From: Paraspadella gotoi
Taxonomy: Eukaryota; Animalia; Chaetognatha
NCBI GenBank assembly: GCA_051294375.1
Contig: JBJCIZ010000024.1
Location: forward strand, 1-18,140
Direction: 5' to 3'
DNA: 18,140 nt
Part shown: piece by piece, positions 10,426-18,140 of the stretch
Layout: each line of letters begins with the position of its first letter
Position numbering within the stretch: the stretch's first letter is position 1
Made by a program: the position numbers and the translations under genes
Notes under the pieces: model-generated
Seen by the model: the letters and a program-made list of their open reading frames with translations, nothing else
What the model was told of the DNA's origin: nothing
Databases searched by the model: none

Positions 10426-10923
10426 TCAAGGAGATTACGCTGAGTGGGGTAATTCAACGTGTTGGATGCACTGGCTGAAGGCGACGTGGGGGCTGGGATT
10501 TTTTGGCCTTTGGGTATCTCATCAGTTTTGATGTCCAGCCGGCGAGAATGGCGTCCAATTTCGGGTGACTGCAACCATGTGCCTGTCCATGGAATTAACT
10601 TTGCAATCCATGGCTTTGAGTTCTTTGCGAGAAAATCAAATTTGTTTGATTTGTATATTGGCCTCATTGACGATCTGCATCATCTGCTTTGCAATGACTC
10701 CTTCCTTTGTTCGTTGAGTCTGCAAGTGCTTTGACAACTCGGGCGGCATTACAAATGTGCGTATTAAGTTGTCTTCGTCGTCGGCACTGCTACCGTCTTC
10801 CATCCTCGGACAAGGTCTTTGGTTTCGTCTTGTCCGGATCCCCCATTCCGTCCAATTTGCCTTGGGTGCCGGACAGTGGTGGTAAATGCTGCAGCGGCGG
10901 AGGTTGAGGGCACGGGATCCCAT
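10410..10923 (-). pseudogene. Disrupted N-terminal gag or upstream ORF of element A (coiled-coil-like)
   Basis: ORF 10636..11112 is in the gag-pol frame (ATGs at 10923 and 10803). Reading through the TGA at 10638-10636 gives ...MMQIVNEANIQIKQI*FSRKELKAMDCKVNSMDRHMVAVT with heptad-like hydrophobic spacing. ORF 10410..10667 bridges to gag in another frame. Confidence 0.5.
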
Positions 10924-10977
10924 TGGGGGTGCGTGTCGTTGGTGCTTCTTGGAAGGAGTGGTGAGTCTTGCCAGAAG

Positions 10978-10988
10978 TCCTGTCACCA
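10978..10988 (-). promoter_or_regulatory. Candidate primer-binding site TGGTGACAGGA (element A)
   Basis: Begins with TGG (complement of tRNA CCA), ~45 nt downstream of AATAAA and upstream of the first ATGs. Resembles, from memory, tRNA-Leu-type PBS TGGTGTCAGGA with one mismatch. Confidence 0.5.
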
Positions 10989-10989
10989 C

Positions 10990-11430
10990 ATTTAAGAAAA
11001 ACTCATAAGATTTCAGGTTGAAATCAACTCGATTTATTCTGAGTAAATAAGGTGACGGTGAGACGCACGCAGGAGTCTGAATCAATTCTACTGAAACTAA
11101 GAGAGAACTCAAAGCTATTTATAACAAAAGACAGGATCAGAGGGCAAGAGTGATTTTGACCAATTCAATTGTTTCCTGCAAGCTGATTGGTCGGGTCTGG
11201 TTCAGTGCTCGGCCAATCAGCGTTCAATGGCGGGGATCGCCCGATCCTCTGATCCGTTTTGGATTTTGGCGAGATTGATCTCCTGCGATGGTATCTATAA
11301 GTAGCTGAGACAAAGTTACGTGCATAGCCAATCAGACAATTTGATAAAACTATCGGAAAGATTAACGCATGTCGCTCCATTCATGCAACGGCTTTGAAGC
11401 TGCACCGCGTTTGCCGGGAAGATAACCTGC
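10990..11430 (-). promoter_or_regulatory. Candidate 5' LTR of element A (CCAAT boxes, TATA, polyA signal)
   Basis: On the minus strand, in U3-R-U5 order: CCAATCAG motifs (11327-11335 and 11212-11220 on +, 11183-11190 on -), TATAAATAG 11123-11115, AATAAA 11038-11033, then the PBS. No canonical CA terminus and no partner LTR in the window. Confidence 0.5.
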
Positions 11431-11529
11431 ATAGGATTTTTGAATAAGAAATATTTGGGAATACTAATGTAGTAAAGGCAGGCTAGAAAATTTTTATACG
11501 TATTATTTGATTTTTGTAGAATAAAATAT

Positions 11530-13420
11530 TAGGTTACCTCCCTTACCATAGATTTTTGTTCGTATATCTTGTCCCCTTTATGATGGCGTTTTTGTGATAA
11601 TCCGCTATCTCTTCAGACCCAATTTCAAAGCAGTCCCTCTTGATGAACAGATTGTTCAGCCGTAGCTAAGGATGCTCCCGATTCGATTAATTCTCTCAAC
11701 GATCAAAGTTAATGCAACCGAATCGTCATTCTCAACGCCGTTTCTCCGCCAAAGTTTTGGCGTCGATTTCAATCCTACTCCGATGAGAAATTTCGTCAGT
11801 TTACGTAGCCCTCAGCTAGCTTTGTGCAGGGCGTTTCCCCTTCCCACATCGGTTGCGTTTCACACGCGACCCCTTTGATACAAGAATTTCGCAACGTTAA
11901 TCATCGTTAATATCGCGAGTGCAAAGGAGTCAAGTATTTTTCGTTTATCGCGTTTAAATTTCCCCCGTTACCGCCCAAGAGCTCGCCATTTTTAAAGACC
12001 CCGTCTAAAACCGCGTCGTGCAACGGTATGTTTCCGATGTTGTTCCGCGTTCACGTCGGCTCCGCTCTGGATGAGAATCCGCAAATATTTTCGCGATTCC
12101 CAACCCAAGCGGCCAAATGCAGATGCTGGTCTGTGAATAATCAGCTAAATTGACGTCGGGCCCCTCGTTTGCACGAAGAAGGCTGCCACAATATCAAAGC
12201 GATGTTGAATTTTCATCTAGCACGATTGATTATAATGCACGGAGGTCCTTCTCGTCGACCGTCGCGCGTTTGACGTTCGCACCATTGTCCAATAAAAAGA
12301 CGGGTCATCGGTTTTTAAAATCCTTGAATGAAGAATCGGAAGAGGAGCGTATCCGTTCATTGTCGACTGCCGTTAACGTCGTCGAACCATTTTTATTTGA
12401 TCAAAAGTTCGCGTGCTTGATGATTCCACCAAGCCGCCATGTGCAATGCATGGGTTGCGTTAGATCGAATGGCCCTAAATTAAACGTCCGCTTCCCACGA
12501 TCGATCAAAACCCTAACGACTTCCACGTGACCCAACGTCAACGTCGCTTTCAGCAAAAGGGAAATTTCCTGTTTAAAATTTCCGCGCGGTCAATTTTCCT
12601 CGCTCCGTTGTCCAATAAAAATTGGGTAATCTCGAGGGAATCCCTCTTTTAAGGACGAATCGTGCAAAGCGCGAATCGCCCCATTTATCTCCGCCCCTCA
12701 AATCGGAATCCGTTGTCGACGAGTATTTCACGATATCCCGATATCCCATCCACGTCGAAAAGGTTGCAGAGCGGTTTGATCGTTTCCGTTCTTCGATCCT
12801 TTGTTCGCGTGCTTTGTACCAATTTTTTCACGAAGCCTTCGATCGGTTTCTTCCAGCCGTCCCCCAAAAGTTGAAGCGGCGTTTGACCTTGTCGTTTCTC
12901 GAGTCGACGACGGCGCCGATCGAGATCAAATAATCCAGCAGTTCCGGACTGTTCATATCACCGAGCAAAAGAGCGGACTAAAAGCCCCGCGGCGTTTCTT
13001 CACTCGAGATCCGCCCCTTCGTTCAGCGAGATTCGAGCCACTTTGACGTGGAATCCTCGTGAACGGCGGAATAGAAGAGGGAAGTTCTTTATGCGAAACG
13101 TTTCTGGCATCAACGTCCGCTCCGCGATGGAGCAAATACTGAACCATCGTCTCCGGTCGGGTGAAAGCCGCCTCAAATGCATGGCCGTCAATTGGGCCGA
13201 GGTTCGTGTCTATTGTCGACGCCACGTCCGAGCAGGTATTCCCACAGCGGTTGGTGACCGTAAGTCACGGCAAAGTGAAGAACAAAGTGAACGAGTATAA
13301 TTTGTGATAATCGGATCGTTCGAGCACTGCCGACGGACCCGTACGCTTGGATGCGAGTTTGACGTAGCGGCAACGTTTGTACCTTGGCTTGGCAATTCTT
13401 ACCATCAACTTAGACGGTCC
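11530..13420 (-). pseudogene. Ankyrin-repeat protein gene (~16 repeats), heavily frameshifted (pseudogene or uncorrected sequence)
   Basis: Ankyrin-consensus fragments in shifting frames about every 100 nt: LHFAVTYGHQPLWEYLLGRGVD, MVQYLLHRGADVDARN, SLNEGADLE, ELLDYLISIGAVVDSRND, LEITQFLLDNGA, LGHVEVVRVLIDRG, ALHMAAWWNH, FLLDNGANV, LHLAAWVGN, LRILIQSGADVNA, GNIPLHDAVLDG, NLNAINEKYLTPLH, LRELIESGASL. Ends are approximate. Confidence 0.85.
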
Positions 13421-13519
13421 ATCTGTTGTTTTTAAATGGTTTTTGTTATTATAATTAAATTATATTTATAATAATTTTATATTATAAAAAATAACTAGTC
13501 ACAGCCAAACCTATAAAAG

Positions 13520-13657
13520 CGTAGTAATCAGAGTTTCACGTGAGACTGATCTGTATTTTCTTGAACATGATAACAATGAGAAACAGACAATAGGGAAATA
13601 CAGAGGAGCGCAGGCGATGACGACGGATAACAATGCTTAGTAACAAGGTACGCTACA
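13520..13657 (-). repeat. Probable 3' LTR of element B
   Basis: Starts TGTAGCG at 13657 immediately after the PPT. Candidate end CTACG at 13524-13520 (imperfect inverse of TGTAG); AATACA polyA-like variant inside. The distal boundary is uncertain without the 5' LTR. Confidence 0.55.
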
Positions 13658-13663
13658 TCCCCC
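13658..13663 (-). promoter_or_regulatory. Polypurine tract (GGGGGA) of element B
   Basis: ~100 nt downstream of the pol stop and directly abutting the TG that starts the putative LTR. Confidence 0.65.
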
Positions 13664-13761
13664 GGGTAAGAACGGATTTATGAGAAAATACGTGATGACA
13701 ATAATGTTCAACTAACACAATATATAAAACGCTATATAAATATCAAGAAAAAGAATCAACT

Positions 13762-16700
13762 TTATGTTAGATTATCTTCACTTTCTGATGGTGGTCGAAG
13801 AGTTTGAGGAAGAGGTTGTCGAGCTGCTCTTGGTGGTTGTATTCTTGTTGGAGCTCGAGGATGTCTTTGAAGAGGGTGCTCTCGATTTTTTTGAGGTAAT
13901 GGTGGAAACTCAGTAGGTGAAGACAGAGTTGGAGCCAATGGTGGCACTGCTTGCAAAGAGGGCTGTTGAGTTGGTGGTGTGGCCTGTGGTTCAAGTTGTG
14001 GTGGTTGAGGGGGCGCTTGACGACGTGGGCGCCCACGTTGAGGGAGTGAAGGTTGCGTTGGAGTTGTTGCGGAATCAATAAAGGCTGGTTTTAGTCTATC
14101 GATGGATACTTTCTCGTTCTGGCGGCCAGGTTGTTCAATAATGAATTCTTTTTCTAACCTTTCAATCACGCGAAAAGGTCCATCATAAGGAGCGCGCAAT
14201 GGTGGGGTATGGCCGCCGCGTCGAAGAAACACGTATTCTGCATTAAGGAGCGAGGCAGGGATATATGGGTTCTCTGTTCTATGTATTGAGGCTGGAGTAG
14301 GAAGCAGTACCGCTGCATCATGGCGCACTTTACGGAGATTTTCAATTCGCGCAGCTTCCATTGCATCTTCAGAGATAGGAGGGAGAACAGGAAGAAGGTC
14401 TCCAGGGACAGTGAGACCTTGACCATAAACCATTTCAGCGGCTGATGCGCCAATGTCTTCTTTGACAGCAGAACGAAGGCCAAGTAAAACCCAGGGCAAT
14501 TGACGCACCCAGTTTGAACCATCTGCTCTGCACCTGGTCTCTAAAGCAGTTTTTAGTGTTCTGTGAAGTCTTTCTATCATCCCATTGCTTTGGGGGTGAT
14601 ATGCTGTGGTCATAGATAGCTTATAACCCAGCTCCTCGGAAAGAACTCTCCATAGGTCAGAAACGAATTGAGGGCCTCTGTCTGAGGTGACCATGGATGG
14701 CAATCCTACATCAGCGATCCAGCGTGAAAAGGCCTGTGCAATGGAGGATGTGGAAGTATCTCTTAAAGGATATGCAGCAGGCCATCTAGTGAAACGGTCT
14801 ATTACCGTGAGCATATTTTTGCAGCTGTCAGATTCTGGCAGTGGACCAACTATGTCGAGGTGTACATGATCAAAACGGCGGAGAGGAAGGTCAAAGGTTC
14901 CAAGGGGAGAGCAAGTATTTTTTTGTATCTTAGCTCTTTGGCATGGAATGCAAGTTTTACACCACTTGGCAATATCAGATGCAATACTAGGCCAAACGAA
15001 ACGACTTGCAACAAGCTTTTTTGAAGCTCGGATTCCTGGATGGCTCATGTTATGGAGAATGTCAAAAATATGCCGACGTAAGGTTGATGGAACTAGTGGA
15101 CGTGCGCGACCAGATGAGACATCACAAATCAAGAGCTCATTTTCGATTTTGACATTTTTGTATCTGAGTGAAGTGTGTGCATCATTTAAGAGACGTTGGA
15201 CATTGGTATCAATTTGTTGTTCTTTTGCCATATCAGAAAAATTGATTCCATCTGAGATAGAGGCTACAGTTGTATCAAGGGTGGAAATTGCATTTATGCT
15301 ATTACTTGTTTCAACTCGAGAAANNNNNNNNNNTACTAAGTTTGCTTTACCCTCAATAAAGCGAATATCAGTGGTATACTCTGATATAGCAGCTAATTGG
15401 TATTTTTGTCTCATAGTTTGAGGTTCTGATTTTTTATGGAGCCCAGGCACAAGAGAATTGTGGTCAGTGTACAATGTGAAATGTTGTCCTTCCAAATAGG
15501 CTCGAAAATAACNNNNNNNNNNAAAGGCAGCAAGTAGCTCTCTATCAAATGGAGGCCAATCTCGTTGATGTTTCAATAATGGTTTTGAAAAGAATCCAAC
15601 AGGTCGCCAAATTCCTTTACAACGCTGCTCAAGAACGCCACCCATCGCAATTTTTGAAGCATCCACTGTGAGAGCCATTTCTGCCCCTTCTATTGGATGG
15701 ATTAACATTGTTGCATCTGCTAATGCATCTTTAGATGTTTTAAACGCATCATTTGCTGCATCTGTCCACTTTAGAGTTTTAGGGTTACCCCGCAGTAAAG
15801 CATAGAGTGGTTCAAGGACTTCAGCAGCACGAGGTATAAACCTTCTGTAGTAGTTCATCATGCCGAGATAGCGTTGCAAGTCTTTGATTGAGGTAGGAGT
15901 AGAGAAACGGCGGATAGCCTCTACTTTTGAAGGAAGAGGACGGACTCCTTCAGCATTAACGGCATAGCCCAAGAACTCAAGGGAGCTGGCTCCAAACACG
16001 CACTTACTTCGATTGATTACAAGGCCTGCTGCTGAAAGGGCATCAAAGGTTTTTTCAAGGTCTTTTTTGTGTTCCTCTGCCGAGTTAGATGCAACAAGAA
16101 TATCATCTAAATAAACAAATGTATGTGGAACATCGCGCAAAACTGTATCCATTAGCCGCTGAAAATCTTGCGCGGCATTTTTCAAACCAAAAGGCATTCG
16201 CAGAAATTCATATGATCCAAATGGAGTGACTATGGCTGTCTTTGGAATGTCTTTCTCTGCCACGGGAACCTGATGATAACCTTTATAAAGGTCAATTTTG
16301 CTGAAAACCGTCTTCCCTGCAATTTCTGCATTGAAATCATGAATTGATCTGACAGGGTAGCGGTCAGCCTTTGTCACTGAGTTTAAACGCCTATAATCAC
16401 CACAAGGACGTAGTGTGCCATCTGGTTTTTTGACAACATGGAGAGGAGATGACCAGGGACTGTGGCTTTTACGAATAATTCCTAACTCCTCCATTTTCTT
16501 GAATTCAGCTTTTGCCGCGATCAAATGTTCATTAGAAAGGCGACGAGCTTTGGAATGAATTGGTGGCCCTTCTGTTTCAATATGGTGTTCTACGCCATGT
16601 TTAGGGGTTGTTGGATCGAATGTCAAGGTTGTCAATTCAGGACGAGCATCTAACATGTCAAAATAGACATTATTGACTGAAAATGCACGTGGGGCAGAAG

Positions 16701-17100
16701 TGGATGAAGATTTGCCTGTGATAACTGTCAGGTCTTCAAAATCTATGAGGACTCCTCTTGCATGGTCAACAACAATATGGTTTTCGGCTAAGAAGTCTGA
16801 TCCTAAAATATGTTGGGTAACATCAGCAACAACGCATTGGATATTAAAAATTCGACCACCTAGTTCAATTTGCATGTTGCGACGTCCATAGCTTGGTATC
16901 TCAGTCCCGTTTGCTGCTGTAATTCCCTCTCTTGTTGGGCCTCTACAGCGTTCATGTGAATTAGGTGGAGCAAGTGTGAGTTCCGATCCACCATCTGCTA
17001 ACCATTTTATATTGTTGCGAAAATCGTGAACAGTGACAGTGTTTCTTTTGTTTTTGCCAGCGGCGGCGTTCACACCCGCCTGCTGGCGGCGGCGTTTCCC
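13762..17100 (-). CDS. pol: Pol polyprotein of element B (protease, RT, RNase H, integrase), expressed by -1 frameshift from gag
   Basis: ORF 13762..17133. PR WLADGGSE...ILGSDFL; RT SPWSSPLHVVKK, GDYRRLN, SKIDLYKGYHQ, MPFGLKNA, YLDD (16102-16113); RH VDAS, DRELLA, YTDH; INT HNMSHPG...CIPC, HLDIVGP, SDRG, GMIERLHRTLK; GPY/F motif APYDGPF; Pro/Gln-rich tail. Confidence 0.96.
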   Translation of the reverse strand, partial: GKRRRQQAGVNAAAGKNKRNTVTVHDFRNNIKWLADGGSELTLAPPNSHERCRGPTREGITAANGTEIPSYGRRNMQIELGGRIFNIQCVVADVTQHILGSDFLAENHIVVDHARGVLIDFEDLTVITGKSSSTSAPRAFSVNNVYFDMLDARPELTTLTFDPTTPKHGVEHHIETEGPPIHSKARRLSNEHLIAAKAEFKKMEELGIIRKSHSPWSSPLHVVKKPDGTLRPCGDYRRLNSVTKADRYPVRSIHDFNAEIAGKTVFSKIDLYKGYHQVPVAEKDIPKTAIVTPFGSYEFLRMPFGLKNAAQDFQRLMDTVLRDVPHTFVYLDDILVASNSAEEHKKDLEKTFDALSAAGLVINRSKCVFGASSLEFLGYAVNAEGVRPLPSKVEAIRRFSTPTSIKDLQRYLGMMNYYRRFIPRAAEVLEPLYALLRGNPKTLKWTDAANDAFKTSKDALADATMLIHPIEGAEMALTVDASKIAMGGVLEQRCKGIWRPVGFFSKPLLKHQRDWPPFDRELLAAFXXXXYFRAYLEGQHFTLYTDHNSLVPGLHKKSEPQTMRQKYQLAAISEYTTDIRFIEGKANLVXXXXSRVETSNSINAISTLDTTVASISDGINFSDMAKEQQIDTNVQRLLNDAHTSLRYKNVKIENELLICDVSSGRARPLVPSTLRRHIFDILHNMSHPGIRASKKLVASRFVWPSIASDIAKWCKTCIPCQRAKIQKNTCSPLGTFDLPLRRFDHVHLDIVGPLPESDSCKNMLTVIDRFTRWPAAYPLRDTSTSSIAQAFSRWIADVGLPSMVTSDRGPQFVSDLWRVLSEELGYKLSMTTAYHPQSNGMIERLHRTLKTALETRCRADGSNWVRQLPWVLLGLRSAVKEDIGASAAEMVYGQGLTVPGDLLPVLPPISEDAMEAARIENLRKVRHDAAVLLPTPASIHRTENPYIPASLLNAEYVFLRRGGHTPPLRAPYDGPFRVIERLEKEFIIEQPGRQNEKVSIDRLKPAFIDSATTPTQPSLPQRGRPRRQAPPQPPQLEPQATPPTQQPSLQAVPPLAPTLSSPTEFPPLPQKNREHPLQRHPRAPTRIQPPRAARQPLPQTLRPPSESEDNLT

Positions 17101-17177
17101 TGAGGCTGGTAGCGGCTGCAGCCTTGGATGCAAATGCGTGCGGCATCTCCAAATTTCATATGATAGTNNNNNNNNNN
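15324..17177. other. Three 10-N micro-gaps inside element B (15324-15333, 15513-15522, 17168-17177)
   Basis: Each keeps the reading frame; the first exactly fits the expected V(ADAL)SR motif length. Confidence 0.9.
17056..17100 (-). promoter_or_regulatory. Programmed -1 ribosomal frameshift signal
   Basis: Slippery heptamer G GGA AAC (17100-17094) in the gag frame, 6-nt spacer, then hairpin GCCAGC-A-GGCGG / 9-nt loop / CCGCC-GCTGGC (17087-17056). A -1 slip enters the pol frame (..GKRRRQ..). Confidence 0.88.
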
Positions 17178-18038
17178 TCCGACCTGCTGGATCCCTGATG
17201 CTGGGTTGTTTACTGCAGGTGATCTTCCACGTCCCCGTGCACGGCCGCGTCCTCGGAAATTTTGGGCAGCTGCCACTGTTGATGATTGATTGGTTGATGT
17301 TGGTAGTAATGGATCATCTTGGGGTGGAGCAGGAGGTGTGGCTTGGGATGTGGATGCAATACCTGGGCGAGTGACTTCTAGTTGGCCATCTCTACGGAAA
17401 TATGAGTCACAAATCTCAGCAAGTTGCTCTGGAGTTGAAGTTGCAACTTGTTGGGCAACGGAGTTAGCTACATCAAATGGAAGTGCCGCCATCAGTTGCT
17501 CTTTGATGACATCATCAACTGAGGTACGTTTCCATGTGTTTCTTAAGGCTGCAAGAACAGTGGATGGTTGTTTACCTGCCAATTCCACAGGGGCAAGTGC
17601 GGCAGCGGCGAGTTGTCTCGATTTTGGTTTAAAGGCATTTTTTATGGAATTGCAAAAACCATCGAGATCCGTCTGTGTAGGTGTTTCAATGATCATGTAC
17701 TCGTAAAAACGTTCTTGGTGTTCAACTGGAATCGCGGCTGCAATGAGTGCAAATTTGTCTGCTGCATCAGTTACGCGAAAAAGTCTTAGTTGGCGTGAAA
17801 CAGCAGCTATCCACATTTCAACATTCTTCTCATTGAATGCTGGAAGAGAGATTCTGGGAGCAGCCATGTTGACGTTAGCGTCCGCGTCTTCAAAGGCGTC
17901 GCCGCTCACGTCGCTGGGAGGCGGCGTAGCGTTGGAGTTTCCCACTGAGCTTGTCGAGCCGATGCGACCACGTCCGCGGCCGCCGGGAGAATTTGCAGCT
18001 TGAGTTTGTGAACGGAGCCTTGGGCCGGTGTTTGACAT
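17070..18038 (-). CDS. gag: Gag protein of element B
   Basis: 322-aa ORF. ISLPAFNEKNVEMWIAAVSRQLRLFRVTDAADKF resembles the N-terminal block of this gag family; RG-rich stretch; C-terminal (C)xYHMKFGDAARICIQGC fits C-X2-H-X9-C-X3-C, with the first Cys masked by Ns at 17168-17177. Confidence 0.9.
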   Translation of the reverse strand: MSNTGPRLRSQTQAANSPGGRGRGRIGSTSSVGNSNATPPPSDVSGDAFEDADANVNMAAPRISLPAFNEKNVEMWIAAVSRQLRLFRVTDAADKFALIAAAIPVEHQERFYEYMIIETPTQTDLDGFCNSIKNAFKPKSRQLAAAALAPVELAGKQPSTVLAALRNTWKRTSVDDVIKEQLMAALPFDVANSVAQQVATSTPEQLAEICDSYFRRDGQLEVTRPGIASTSQATPPAPPQDDPLLPTSTNQSSTVAAAQNFRGRGRARGRGRSPAVNNPASGIQQVGXXXXYHMKFGDAARICIQGCSRYQPQGNAAASRRV

Positions 18039-18140
18039 CGAAGATTTAAATTTTATTAACTTTTATTAATTCTGTTTGATTTTATTTTATTTGTGGTTTA
18101 TAAGGTTCACTTTGTATAGGTTTTTCGTTGTTTTTTTTTT

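Larger units (their letters stand above)
5552..11430 (-). mobile_element. Divergent Ty3/gypsy-like LTR retrotransposon (element A); 3' part not resolved in this assembly
   Basis: gag-like region followed by aspartic protease and then RT (gypsy-type order; no integrase between PR and RT). Candidate PBS, polyA signal, TATA and CCAAT boxes upstream. The outer LTR boundary (~11430) is a guess; no second LTR or integrase is visible. Confidence 0.8.
13520..18140 (-). mobile_element. Ty3/gypsy LTR retrotransposon, CsRN1/Kabuki/Boudicca-like clade (element B); 5' LTR outside the window
   Basis: gag with a CHCC-type motif, overlapping -1-frame pol in PR-RT-RH-INT order, and a PPT followed by TGTAG. 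Confidence 0.92.

Noticed and set aside
6770-10907. Plus-strand ORFs antisense to element A, including hydrophobic 9457..9675
   Set aside because: Shadow frames of gag-pol; the IVVAA repeats are the antisense reading of the RRYDD repeat.
14687-18003. Plus-strand ORFs antisense to element B gag and pol
   Set aside because: Shadow ORFs with no recognisable motifs.

Overview
Eukaryotic, retrotransposon-dominated window from an imperfect assembly. All supported coding features are on the minus strand. Right to left: (1) an apparently intact Ty3/gypsy LTR retrotransposon of the CsRN1/Kabuki/Boudicca type (element B, ~13520 to beyond 18140) with a CHCC-type gag, a G_GGA_AAC -1 frameshift site plus GC hairpin, complete PR-RT-RH-INT pol, a PPT and a probable short 3' LTR; (2) an apparently intronless array of ~16 ankyrin repeats (~11530-13420) broken by many indels; (3) a second, divergent Ty3/gypsy-like element (element A, ~5552-11430) with a candidate LTR/PBS and one long gag-PR-RT frame carrying RRYDD repeats instead of a zinc knuckle; (4) 564-5526, an insertion-riddled reverse-complement copy of 5552-9562, most likely an uncorrected long read placed in a gap, which still shows the RNase H motifs hidden under the 938-N gap; (5) an error-free 186-codon frame at 2-559, absent from the ORF track, encoding an OTU-like segment plus an AT-hook. 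Item 5 is the best novelty candidate (a possible accessory domain of element A), but its link to the element is not proven. No RNA genes or CRISPR arrays were seen.
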